In this document: positions 51,199 to 63,800 of the stretch, piece by piece
How positions within the stretch are numbered: the stretch's first letter is position 1
Layout of the letters: the number at the start of each line of letters is the position of its first letter
Source: Octopus sinensis
Taxonomy: Eukaryota
Direction of reading: 5' to 3'
Length of the DNA stretch: 64,000 nucleotides
Assembly: GCF_006345805.1 (NCBI RefSeq)
Contig: NC_043014.1
Location: 13,640,001 to 13,704,000, forward strand
The notes under the pieces: generated by a model
What the model was told of the DNA's origin: nothing
The model's input: the letters and a program-made list of their open reading frames with translations, nothing else
Database searches by the model: none
Program-made: the position numbers and the translations under genes

Positions 51199-51909
51199 TA
51201 TGTATGCATGTATGCATCCATGTATGTGTGTATGCATGTATGTATGTATGTATGCATGTATATATGTATGTATGTCTGTATGTATGCATGTATGTATGTC
51301 TATATGTATGTATTTGTAAGTATGCAAATATATATGTGGCGATAATGGATGAAGATAGGTGTGTGACCTTTGGAAATATGCTGTACGTGAGAAGACCAGG
51401 CAGGACAAGTGAGCCCAGCCCACTTATGAATGCCTTTCCTCCCTTGGACACAAAGACCTGTTGAGGCAAGCGAAGTCGATATAGAACCTCATCCGACGAC
51501 AGGCACCCATGCCAACCCCCTTTGCTTGCAAAGACATGTTGGGGCAAGCGAAAGCGAAATCGAAATCGAATTGAACCAGCCAGGATCCCTGGTCTGGTGG
51601 TATGTAAAAAGCACTATCCGACTCGTGGCCGATGCCAGCGCCGCCTCGACTGGCTTCCGTGCCGGTGGCACGTAAAATACACCAATCCGACCGTGGCCGT
51701 TGCCAGCCTCGCCTGGCACCTGTGCAGGTGGCACGTAAAAAGCACCCACTACACTCATGGAGTGGTTGGCGTTAGGAAGGGCATCCAGCTGTAGAAACAT
51801 TGCCAGATAAGACTGGAGCCTGGTGCACCCTTCTGGCTTCTCAGATCCCCGGTCGAACCGTCCAATCCATGCTAGCATGGAGAACAGACGTTAAATGATG
51901 ATGATGATG

Positions 51910-51941
<32 letters not shown>

Positions 51942-52750
51942 CAAGGCAAAAATAATAGTCATTACCTATTTTCCTTTATTGTAGCAAATTTGACTTACTG
52001 CTGTTTCCAGTAGTCATTATAGGTTCGTTATTGATAGGTTTACTCAATTGGCCCATTGATCAGTTGAGAAAAATTGAATAACCAGGAAAATTAATGCTAT
52101 TTTCATCATAGTTATTTTAGGTATCCAGAAATAACTACGATGAAAGTAGCATGAATTTTGTAGATCCTTCAAGTTTAAATCTATCAATAATGAATTTACA
52201 ATGGCTGGCCACTGGAAACAACTGAAAGTCAGATATACTGCAATGAAGAAAAATAGGTAATTGTCTTGTACATCAATCTATGTAAAAAAAAACCGGTATG
52301 ACTGGAGCATAACCATGGATTTACAATATAGAATGAGTGTGTATGTGTTTGACAGTGTGTACGTATGCATGTGATTTAAGAAAGATATCATCATCATCAT
52401 CGTTTAACGTCTGTTTACCGCGCTAGCACGGGTTGGACGGTTCGACCGGGGTCTGGGAAGCCAGGAGGCTGCACCAGGCTCTGGTCTGATCTGGCAGTGT
52501 TTCTACAGCTGGGTGCCCTTCCTAACGCCAACCACTCCGTGAGTGTAGTGGGTGCTTTTTACGTGCCACCGGCACAGGTGCCAAGGGAGTCTGGCATCGG
52601 CCACGTTCAAATGGTGCTTTTTACGTGCCACCGGCACAGAAGCCACTCAATGCGGCGCTGGCATCGGCCACGTTCGGATGGTGCTTTTTACGTGCCACCG
52701 GCACAGGTATCACAACTAAACGTAAAAGGTAATTTTTGTTGATTTTTGTG

Positions 52751-53590
52751 ATGGCTGAAACAAAGGAACAGTGTGCTTCTGTGAAATTCTATTTTCTTAT
52801 TTCTTTACTGCCCACAAGGGGCTACACACAGAGGGGACAAACAAGGACAGACAAACGGATTAAATCGATTATATCGACCCCAGTGCGTAACTGGTACTTA
52901 TTTAATCGACCCCAAAAGGATGAAAGGCAAAGTTAACCTCGGCGGAATTTGAACTCAGTTCATAGTGGCAGACGAAATACCGCTAAGCATTTCGCCCGGC
53001 GTGCTAACGTTTCTGCCAGCTCGCCGCCTTTACTTTTCAAAAGTAAAATTCTATTTTCTGCTGGGAAAAATGGCAGGCGAAACAGTTGCCATGCTTCAAA
53101 CTGCTTACAAGGCCATTGCCATGAGCAAAACACAAGCTTACAAGTGGTTTTCATGCTTTAGGAATGGTCACTTGTCAACTGAAGACCAATCTTGTTCGGA
53201 GTGACCATTGACCTCCGAAATGAATGAAAACATTATGAAAATTCATGAACTGATCTCGGAGGACTGCCATTGAACAATTGGTGAACTTGTTAATATGACT
53301 GGTGTGTCCTGAAGCTCCTGCCAACGAATTTTGAGCAAGCAACTGCAAACAAAAAGAGTTGCAGTAAAATGTGTCTCTCACTTGTGTATGCGAGATCAAA
53401 AGTAGTCACAACTGAATACATGACATGAACTGAAAAGACAGTTGATCTGAATCTTTTTCTGAAGGTCATCAAATGTGATGAAAGCTGGTGCTATGGCTAT
53501 AACCCAGAAATGAAGCAGCAATCAAGTCAACAGAAATACTCAATGTCACCACACCCACAAAAAGCACATCAAATGAAGTCCAATGTCATG
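52751..53590 (+). mobile_element. Mariner transposase 5' remnant interrupted by a SINE
   Basis: MAETKEQCASVKFYFL|LGKMAGET..AYKWF..CDESWCYGY.PE.KQQS; SINE 52798-53045 flanked by 14-bp TSD aaattctattttct. Confidence 0.8.
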
Positions 53591-54740
53591 AAAGGTATAA
53601 ATACCTTTCAAACGGCATACAATACGGTTATAAAGAAATTTGTGGGTAAAATCTTTTTCGAGGGGGTAGGGAGAGGACTCTGAAAAATTCACAAGATCCA
53701 AGGTTTTCGTCCATAACTATGAGGAAAATAAATATCTTTTAATGAAGAGTGGGGAGAGGATTTGGGGATAATTCACGCGATTTGATTTTTTCGCTCATAA
53801 CTTTCAGGAAAATGGGTATCTTTGGTTAATGTTTACAATATTACCTGGAAACGAAATAAAAAAAAAAAAATAAAAAAACTAGTGCAACGGGTGTAAAAAG
53901 ATGTGTAGGAAAACGAATATGAAAACAAAATGTGCGGAAAGCAATGGGGTGGTCGGAAAATTCACAAGATCTGAGTTTTTCCCTCATAACTTTTAAGAAA
54001 ATGGGTTTTTTTTAATGAAATTTAAAAAATTAAAATTTTTTCAAATGGCATAGTTTACGATTATAAAGAAATTTGTGGTAAAATTTTTTCTGAAAGGGTG
54101 GGGAGAGGACTTCACAAGATCCGATTTTTTCCCACGTAACTTTAAGGAAAATGGGGGGGGGGGGCTAATGCAGTGTCACACCTCTCCTTGAAAAGTGTAT
54201 TTTTTAAAAAATATTTTTGGGGATTCCTACGTTTTAGGGGGCTAATTGCAGTCTTGCACCTCACCTTCAAAAATGCATTTTTTGGGGTCCTCCGCCGTTT
54301 TTTTTTTTGTCTGAACAAAAATAAGGGGTTTACGACACATAAGGTATGCATAATACATGTCGTTTGAAAGGTATTTATATACAATTTCATTAAAAGATAT
54401 TTATTTTCCTTGGATCTTGTGAATTTTTCAGAGTTCTCTCCCTACCTCTCAAAAAAGATTTTACCCACAAATTTCTTTATAACCATAATGTATGCCCGTT
54501 GAAAGGTATTTATATAAAATTTCATTAAAAAAAAAAACATTTTCCTAAAAGTTATGTAGGAAAGACTCAGATCTTGTGAATTTTCCGAAGTTCTTTCCCC
54601 AACCCACCATTGCTTTCCGCGCATTTTTGTTTCATATTCGTTTCCTACACAGTTTTTTTTTACTTTGCACCTGTTGCAGTTTTTTTTTTCGTTCCAGGAT
54701 AATATCGTAAACATTAACCATATCTTTTAATGAAAGTTTA
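53590..54740. repeat. Modular foldback-like repeat
   Basis: Modules gagaggact..ttcacaagatc and ataaagaaatttgtggg occur tandemly on the left and inverted at 54350-54740. Confidence 0.7.
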
Positions 54741-54768
54741 TACCAATGATGGCGATCCAAATACCTTA

Positions 54769-55037
54769 GGTACTATTTAAGAAGAGTGGTCCCGGTGCGC
54801 GCACTCGCGCATCCGCGCTAGCTAGTCGTGACTAGTCGATCCTACAACGACTACCTAGCAAAGTGAATAAAACACAAAAACACAAAACAAAAAATTATTT
54901 TACACAAAGTAAATAATTCTTTTTAAACAGTAAATAAAACCAAAACACAAAGTAAGGATCGACTAGTCACGACTAGCTAGCGCGGATGCAAGAGTACGCG
55001 AGTGTGCGCACCGGGACCACTCTTCTTAAATAGTACC
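54769..55037. mobile_element. Mutator(MULE)-type MITE
   Basis: About 80-bp near-perfect TIRs starting GGTACTATTTAAGAAGAGTGGTCCCGG; perfect 9-bp TSD AATACCTTA (54760-54768, 55038-55046). Confidence 0.85.
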
Positions 55038-55049
55038 AATACCTTATAT

Positions 55050-55832
55050 AGAAATGTGGCGCTCCTTTAGAAACGCACCTCTCCAAGAAAATGACGTCTA
55101 ATTTTTTAAAAAAAGTTATGAAAACGGAAAATATATACAAAATAAATGAAGTCAGCAAAACACACCCAGGAACAAGCACGCACCTATATATTTCTTTACT
55201 TCCCACAAGGGGCTAAACACAGAGAGACAAACAAGGACAAACGGATTATGTCGATTATATATCGACGATTATATATCGACCCCGAGTGAAAGGCAAAGTC
55301 GACCTCGGCGGAATTTGAACTCAGAACGTAGCGGCAGACGAAATACGGCTACGCATTTCGCCCGGCGCGCTAACGTTTCTGCCAGCTCGCAAGCACGTAC
55401 AACACATTAGCTTTCTCTTCCTATTTTGTCAGCTGACGGTTGACAAAACAAAAATTGTCCACTGAAATTACTGAGTTCTTTTGTTGACAAAATTCGAGCC
55501 ATATCGAAATTATGTCTATTTCTTTACCCTAACGAGTGTGCACAGTAGAAATATCCGATTAAAAACAATCAAGAATTTGCAAACGATATTGTCGGGCTCC
55601 CTGTATCATTAATAATACCTGACTGATGAAAGTAAATTACCGCTCCCTGTATCATACGACATGTCCGTTCCCCGTTTCTGTTTCTTGTATAAAATATTTA
55701 AAAAATGGATGAATCTTTCTAATTTATTTTTTGCATACATCATTTATGTTGTATATATTTTCCATTTTCATAACTTTTTTTTAATTAGGCGTCATTTTCT
55801 TGCAGAGGTGCGTTTTTAAAGAAGCACCACAA

Positions 55833-55833
<1 letters not shown>
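55050..55833. mobile_element. MITE with about 100-bp imperfect TIRs, containing a SINE
   Basis: tgtggcgctcctttagaaacgcacctc..aagaaaatgacg mirrored at 55738-55833; SINE 55181-55390 with 8-bp TSD caagcacg. Confidence 0.65.
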
Positions 55834-55913
<80 letters not shown>

Positions 55914-56430
55914 GGTGCTTCTTTAGAAACGCACCATCGGACAGACGAACGGGAACGTGAAACTCCGAGTAACAGCTTTTGTTAAATTTCTACTGCTTTT
56001 AATAAAGCATATATACACATATATGTATATATGTATATATATATATATATATGCATACATATATATATATGCATACATATATATATATATGCATACATAT
56101 ATATATATATGCATACATATATATATATATATGCATACATATATATATACATACATATATATATACATACATATATATATATATGCATACATATATATAT
56201 ACATACATATATATATACATACATATATATGCATACATATATACATACATATATATGCACATACATATATATATACATACATATATATGCATACATATAT
56301 ACATACATATATATGCACATACATATATACATACATATATATATATATATAAACATATATATATATATACATATAAACATATATATGCACATACATACAT
56401 ATATACATACATATATATATATATATAAAC

Positions 56431-56463
<33 letters not shown>

Positions 56464-56478
56464 CATATATACCTATAT

Positions 56479-56509
<31 letters not shown>

Positions 56510-56515
56510 CATATT
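55833..56515. repeat. (TA)n and (TACA/TGCA)n microsatellite fields
   Basis: Direct inspection; explains ORFs 55923-56563. Confidence 0.95.
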
Positions 56516-56668
56516 TAGTATTTTTAGATTTAGTGTTTGAAATTTTGTGTAGAGCACTGGCACAGTCTGGACTCCTGGTGTATCAACAGCAGCTGGAGAA
56601 ATGTTTCCGGTGCAACTAGTCTAGATAATACAACCATTAGAAACGCAGAAATGCTATAAAACGAAAAC

Positions 56669-56680
56669 TGCGCATGCGCA
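56669..56680. promoter_or_regulatory. Perfect NRF1/EWG-type palindromic site TGCGCATGCGCA in CpG-rich non-repetitive DNA
   Basis: Matches YGCGCAYGCGCR; a plus-strand donor-like GAA|GTGAGT lies at 56855. Confidence 0.45.
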
Positions 56681-57133
56681 TATCTCTCGTCGTCCATAAT
56701 ATATATAATTGGGAGTGGACCGCGCATTTGTTTCTCTGTGAAATTACTTCTCCGAATCAAACGACAGCTTGTTCAAAATACCAGAGGAATTACCGTTAAA
56801 CGGATTTTAGCTTATACTTTCTTAATTTACACCTTTGGGGACTACCGAAACGAAGTGAGTATTCAAAAATTGGCAATATTTTGTCATAAAAAGTAACTGT
56901 AATTGAAAAGAAAAGGCTTCCGCCCAGCAAAGTGAAATTTTACAAATTAATCTCTGTACGGCGATCTGTACTTTACTACGCATTTAATTAACCTAAAAAC
57001 ATCTCTGGAAAAACTTAAAAATGAAGAGATGCTGGTGGTTGTGGGGGGGAATTAGAATTCCGAAATTGCGATTTTTGCATTTTTTCTTTAGAGTGGAGGA
57101 GGGGTCGGGATACGCCTCCGCTCCGTTCAAGGT

Positions 57134-57560
57134 TTGGCGATCTTTCGTCTCTAGTAGACCTTTCCGTCGATTTCCGTAAAAAAAATTTTTTTTTTTACAT
57201 ATGGGCTTGGGGAACTTTTGAAGTAATATACATACATATACACATACACCGAGTAAAAAATTTCACTTATCTCTTTCTTTCACACATTACTCTGTCTCTT
57301 CACACACACTAACAGAAGCACTTCACTTACACAACATACTGTCTGTCACCCACACCCTATCAAACACACACACACACACACACATGTACATCAATGCTTG
57401 CCATGCACGGTAACTTCAAAAGAACTTCCCTCGTTATACAATTGCTTTCTCTTAGTCTCTTTCGCTCTCATTACTTCAAAAGTTCCCGCAAGCCCATATG
57501 TAAAAAAAAAAAATTTACGGAAATCGACGGAAAGGTCTACTAGAGACGAAAGATTGTCCA
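57134..57560. repeat. Inverted repeat, about 92-bp arms with about 240-bp spacer
   Basis: atctttcgtctctagtagacctttccgtcgatttccgtaaa..catatgggctt..gaacttttgaagtaat (57134-57227) mirrored at 57470-57560. Confidence 0.85.
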
Positions 57561-59239
57561 AGGTTTTTTGGATCTTTCGTTTTGATCATTTTATTTTTTC
57601 TGGATAATAATTGTATGCATGTACGTATACATGACAACACACCCCTTCACTCACGCTCAGCTGGAAAGATGATAAACCTTGTGTAGAATTAGCACTTCTT
57701 ACAGTTGTTTTTCTTAACTTGGCAATCTTTCGTCTCTAGTAGACCTTTCCGTATCGCCCTTAACTTTGTCTTGCGACTGGCTCGATAATAATAAAATAGA
57801 ATTACAGATTTTTTTTTTCGGAATCGGAATCTCCATAGCGGGAAACATGGGTTCCCATAAAAAAAAAAATTCAAGTGCGGGAAGTGGGGTCGAGTTACGT
57901 CTCCGCTATGTGCATAGAAAAAATTATTTACTACTGAAATACTAAATTTAGTTTAACCTAATTATTTTCTAAGCAATGTCCGACTTTCTATTTGCTGTCA
58001 GGCAATGTTTATTCAGTCGCATTTTGTGATGTCGGGGGCGAAAATACCTTAAGCTAAGCCTGAAAGCAATGAAGTCATAAAAGAATCATCCATAACTTGC
58101 AGTAAGCAACATTTATTAAACGTTATTACTGTTATTTCTTTATTTTCTGCAAACAAAATGCACAAAAATGCTACACGTTTGCATTATGCTATAGATACAA
58201 TAATAATAAAGGACGTTACCGTATACATTTTTACAAGCCAAGGACGTTATATAGACCTCCTTGACTCAAGTTCGAGAAGGGGTGCGTATTATACACAATG
58301 TTTAGGTTTTTCAGAGTTACAGCCCCCTAATAATCCCCTGCGTATTATATACTCAAAGGCGGACTATACTCGAGGATTTACGGTAAATAGATGACCTGGA
58401 AGTTCTTGCTCTTCGATTAGAGCAATAGCTTTCTTCGGCTGATACACGTCGTTGATTAGTTAAAATTACCCAAATACAACTTCAACACGAAACAACTTCT
58501 AAAATATGAAATTTTATCAACAATGTTGAAAGTAAATCGTGTTCAGAATGAGAAATTACACCAGTATACGAAGTTTCAAACTGTTTAGTTAAAAAACTTT
58601 TTTAATCTGTGAGTGAAACTAAAGAGATCCTTTGTTTACCCCCAACCCCATATTCTTAATCTCCGTTTTTTCCCACGTAGTTTGAAAAAAAAATTCGTAA
58701 AAAGTTTAAAATAAAAAATTTGGCGTATTTCGAATCTCCGTCATTGAACATAGGAATCCAGTGAAAAAAAAAATCATTTTGGCGACCGAGTGCTAAACTA
58801 GATCCTGAAAGTTATGAGGAGCTAAAAACGGATCGTGCAAACTTTCCGGCAGTCTTCTCCTCACCACTTCAGAAAACAATTCGGTCAAACTAAAGAGTTT
58901 GACCAGGTCATAAAAATAAAAAACAAAAAATAGTGTAATAGGTATAAAACAACTTCCTCTAAACGAATATGACAAAAAAAAAATGCGCGCTCGCGAAAGG
59001 GGGGTGGGGGAGAGGCCATCGGAAAATTCACTTCCTCAGTCCATGTCCTTTAAACAATAGTGCTTGACTCGGGCCGGAACAAAAGAAAAATTCCTGGGAG
59101 AGAGGTGGATTCTCTTGGAATTCATTCCCACTACATTGTATATTGGGCAACTGTCTTCTGTTGTCAGCATAGTTAATTTCGTGATTGATTTGTATACACA
59201 ATTTAAATAAAGCATTTAACGTATTCATTTAACGAAAAT

Positions 59240-60683
59240 ATTCGGAATTTCTATTACCGAAAATATTAGGATGAGGAGAGAAAAGGGCGGAGATGGGGCA
59301 GGTGTTCGCCTGTTCGACATCTCCATTTATTAACGTCGAATGTATACAAGTACATATTGAATGTCCTTGATCTCTTCGGCAGAAGAAAAACATCAATATT
59401 TAATATGTACATATTCATAAACATTGCCTTTGTAATTACTGGTTAGTTGGCTCAAAGTATACTACAACTGTAAAACGTCTTCAAAAATTAAAAATTCCTG
59501 GGAGAGAGGTGGATTCTCTTGGAATTCATTCCCACTACATTGTATATTGGGCAACTGTCTTCTGTTGTCAGCATAGTTAATTTCGTGATTGATTTGTATA
59601 CACAATTTAAATAAAGCATTTAACGTATTCATTTAACGAAAATATAATCGAAAAATATAATCGATATCTGCGTTGTACGAAATAGTTGTGTGAAATAAAT
59701 TGGATGACATAAAACGAAAGACTGGGAAAATAATCAGAAAAATATTTACCCTAAATTTTTAAGCAAAAATATTCTCAGTATTCTGTTCGGACACAGTTTA
59801 AATTTTTTCAAATACCAACCGAAATATTAACTCTTTGTAATGGACAATATACTCAAAATGTTTTCTGCGGTGTAATTCCGTCCATCAAAAGGAAAAGAAC
59901 CATATATATATATATATGACCCACCTTTTTTTTACCTGTGGGGGCGGAGAAATTTCCGATCAAGATTCGATTTCGGGGATTTCCGTAACAGTTGCTGAAG
60001 GGCGATCTTTCGGTGGGGATCGCCGGTGGGTCATATGTATATATATATGGTTCTTTTCCTTTTGATGGACGGAATTACACCGCAGAAAACATTTTGAGTA
60101 TATTGTCCATTACAAAGAGTTAATACTTCGGTTGGTATTTGAAAAAATTTAAACTGTAACAGAACAGAATACTGAGAATATTTTTCTGATTATTTTCCCA
60201 GTCTTTCGTTTTATGTCATCCAATTTATTTCACACAACTATTTCGTACAACGCAGATATCGATTATATTTTTCGATTATATTTTCGTTAAATGAATACGT
60301 TAAATGCTTTATTTAAATTGTGTATACAAATCAATCACGAAATTAACTATGCTGACAACAGAAGACAGTTGCCCAATATACAATGTAGTGGGAATGAATT
60401 CCAAGAGAATCCACCTCTCTCCCAGGAATTTTTAATTTTTGAAGACGTTTTACAGTTGTAGTATACTTTGAGCCAACTAACCAGTAATTACAAAGGCAAT
60501 GTTTATGAATATGTACATATTAAATATTGATGTTTTTCTTCTGCCGAAGAGATCAAGGACATTCAATATGTACTTGTATACATTCGACGTTAATAAATGG
60601 AGATGTCGAACAGGCGAACACCTGCCCCATCTCCGCCCTTTTCTCTCCTCATCCTAATATTTTCGGTAATAGAAATTCCGAAT
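59240..60683. repeat. Large inverted repeat (arms 686 and 659 bp, 99-bp spacer)
   Basis: 59240-59925 is the reverse complement of 60025-60683 apart from a 27-bp indel and a few substitutions. Confidence 0.95.
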
Positions 60684-60809
60684 CTGTTGGCGGAATTTCG
60701 GATCAGGATGCTCACCTAAGTTGGATTTTCTCCGATTTGACGAGGATTTTTCCCATCTTTTTATGGAAAAAAAAAAAAAAATGAAATGATGGATTTTCCG
60801 ATTAGTCTG

Positions 60810-60896
<87 letters not shown>

Positions 60897-60965
60897 TATT
60901 ATTATTTTTATTATTATTATTATTATTAATTATTATTTATTATTATTATTATTATTATTTATTAT

Positions 60966-61015
<50 letters not shown>

Positions 61016-61189
61016 TTACTACTATTACTACTATTACTATTATTATTATTATTATTATTATTAATGAAAGCAAATTGGCGGAGGTTCGGAACTGGACAGC
61101 TCATTTAAGTTGGATTTTCGGCACTGTCATGCTTTCAGCTGTCAGCCAGCTCGACGTAAATACACGAAGTTGACAACTTTCACTTCTGA

Positions 61190-61661
61190 CAGCTAAAAGC
61201 AAGGCTTTTTCACTCAAAAGAAAATATTTAGTATCAATCAACGGTTTTATCTTGTCAGAGAATTTGGGAATCCATTCAGAATAATACGCAAATAGACCAA
61301 CAATTCGACTCAATGCTTTGTGTGTACTAGGAATAGGTAGTTCTAGTAAGGGTTTTACTTGGTCAGGGTCAGGTTTCAGCCAAGCAATCGAATCTGTGTA
61401 GTGCTGTAAATGCATTTGGTATCATTAAAAATTAAATTACAGTCCTTAGCAACTTGAAGAAAATGCTTTAAATTTCGATCATGTTCTTTCTTCGATTTAC
61501 CACACACAGTTATGTTGTCGATATATGCAAAAGTAGCTCTACAATTATGGCTTTCGATTATATTATCGACCACTACATTTGTAAGTCCGAAAGCAATACG
61601 TTTGCTTTGATATAATTTTCCCTGCGCTTCGAAAGCCATGTACTACTACTACTACTACTAT

Positions 61662-61746
<85 letters not shown>

Positions 61747-62500
61747 TAATAATGATGATGATGAAAGCAAATTGGCGGAGGTTCGGAACTGGACAGCTCA
61801 TTTAAGTTGGATTTTCGGCACTGTCATGCTGTCAGCCAGCTCGACGTAAATACACGAAGTTGACAACTTTCACTTCTGACAGCTAAAAGCAAGGCTTTTT
61901 CACTCAAAAGAAAATATTTAGTATCAATCAACGGTTTTATCTTGTCAGAGAATTTGGGAATCCATTCAGAATAATACGCAAATAGACCAGCAATTCGACT
62001 CAATGCTTTGTGTGTACTAGGAATAGGTAGTTCTAGTAAGGGTTTTACTTGGTCAGGGTCAGGTTTCAGCCAAGCAATCGAATCTGTGTAGTGCTGTAAA
62101 TGCATTTGGTATCATTAAAAATTAAATTACAGTCCTTAGCAACTTGAAGAAAATGCTTTAAATTTCGATCATGTTCTTTCTTCGATTTACCACACACAGT
62201 TATGTTGTCGATATATGCAAAAGTAGCTCTACAATTATGGCTTTCGATTATATTATCGATCACTACATTTGTAAGTCCGAAAGCAATACGTTTGCTTTGA
62301 TATAATTTTCCCTGCGCTTCGAAAGCCATGTAAGGTCGATCTTTCAACTGGAACCTCAACTTGATGATGAGCACTTTTGAGATCTAGTGTGCTAAAATAA
62401 TTAAACTGAGCTATGTTTGCGACCATGTCATGCATATTTGGCAGTGGATATCCATCTAATTGCGTAAACTATGGGTTTACAGTCAGAGCTTAAATTTTCA
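61190..62500 (-). mobile_element. Ty3/Gypsy reverse transcriptase remnant, partly duplicated
   Basis: YPLPNMHDM..YFSTLDLKSAHHQV, IAFGLTN, FAYIDNITVCGKSKKEHDRNL, LSRIAGLFAYYSEWIPKFS. Confidence 0.9.
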
Positions 62501-63239
62501 AACAACCTCGGTGTAATGTCACTTAGAGCTCCCAAATGTAACGGGGGCTTATCGCCGTCGAAGGTAATTTGTACATGTTGATTTTCTGTTTTGATGGGGA
62601 TTTATCCAATTTTTTTTTCACCTCACACTCCAGACCGATTTTGGGGGCACTTAAAAACCACGTGAGAAGCCTTTTCAGTAAAAAAATAAATTTGTAAATA
62701 CTTTCAAACGAAAAGTTGTGTGATTTAAGGGAGATTTGGCTATTGTTTCTAGCACATCCCACGACCACCTTCCTCGTTTCTTTGTCACCCTCACATGTAT
62801 TGATGTTTTTTCAATATTTTTCTCCCATGAACACATTTGTGATATTATAAAAAAAGATTTTTAATTTATGATTTTTTCAATCCTCACCATTTTATAATTT
62901 CAAAATACTGGATAATCTGAGACGGTCATTGATCCAGCAATTTAAATAAGAGATATGTAAAAGATAATTTATTTTAACTAAGAAATATTGAAAAACATCA
63001 ATATATGTGAGATTAACAAAGAAACGATCAAGGTGGTTACAGGATGTGCTAGAAACAAGAGTCAAATAAATCTCCCTTAAATCACACCGTTTCGTCTGAA
63101 AATAATCGTTTTTTTGGGGGCTTTTTTTTTTACTCAAAGATTTCTCACATGGTTTTTAGGGGTGTAGTACCAAAACAATTGGCCAAAATCGGTCCGAAGG
63201 GCTAAGTGAAAAAAGGGCACTGTCATGCTTTTAGCTGTC

Positions 63240-63800
63240 AAGCCTTCCTTTCTCAATAGAAACAGACACATCAGAGGTAGCTATATCTGGCATTTTACAC
63301 CAAAACGGGAAGCCAATTGCATTTTTTTTATTCAAGAACCCTCAACCCATATGAGCGTCGTTATTCTTGTATTGAAAAAGAGGCGACAGCGATTGTGGAA
63401 TCTGAGAAAATGGTATCATTTTCTTCTTGGACGTAACTTCACACTAATAACTGATCAAAACAGTGTGGCTTTTGTTTAATTTTCAGAAGCGCAGTAAATC
63501 TAAAAACGGAAAGATAATGCGTTGGCGAATCGAACTAGCCCAGTATAAATTTGATATCATTTACCGCCAAGGCAAGTTTAATGTTGTATCTGATGCTTTA
63601 TTGTGCAGCTACGACTGATAATGAACTGTATCGTATTCATGCAGCGCTGTGTCATCCTGGGATCACACGACCTTACTCTGTAGATGATGTAAAGCGTATA
63701 ACTAACGATTGTGTAATATGTTGTGAGGTAACCTCTGTTTCGTCAGTAATTAAATCTACTCAAGCTTTTGAAAGATTCAGTGACCATTTTTTCCTAAGTT
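63240..63800 (+). mobile_element. Ty3/Gypsy RNase H and integrase zinc-finger remnant
   Basis: PFSIETDTSEVAISGIL, YSCIEKEATAIV, FLLGRNFTLITDQ, RWRIELAQYKFDIIYRQGK.NVVSDAL, H..LCHPG..C..C. Confidence 0.85.

Noticed and set aside
55923-56563. Six overlapping Tyr/Ile/Met-rich ORFs
   Set aside because: (TA)n/(TACA)n microsatellite artefacts
58390-58470. Minus-strand QPKKAIALIEEQELP followed by GT (phase 1) as a possible upstream exon
   Set aside because: No acceptor or ATG before in-frame stops; poor donor
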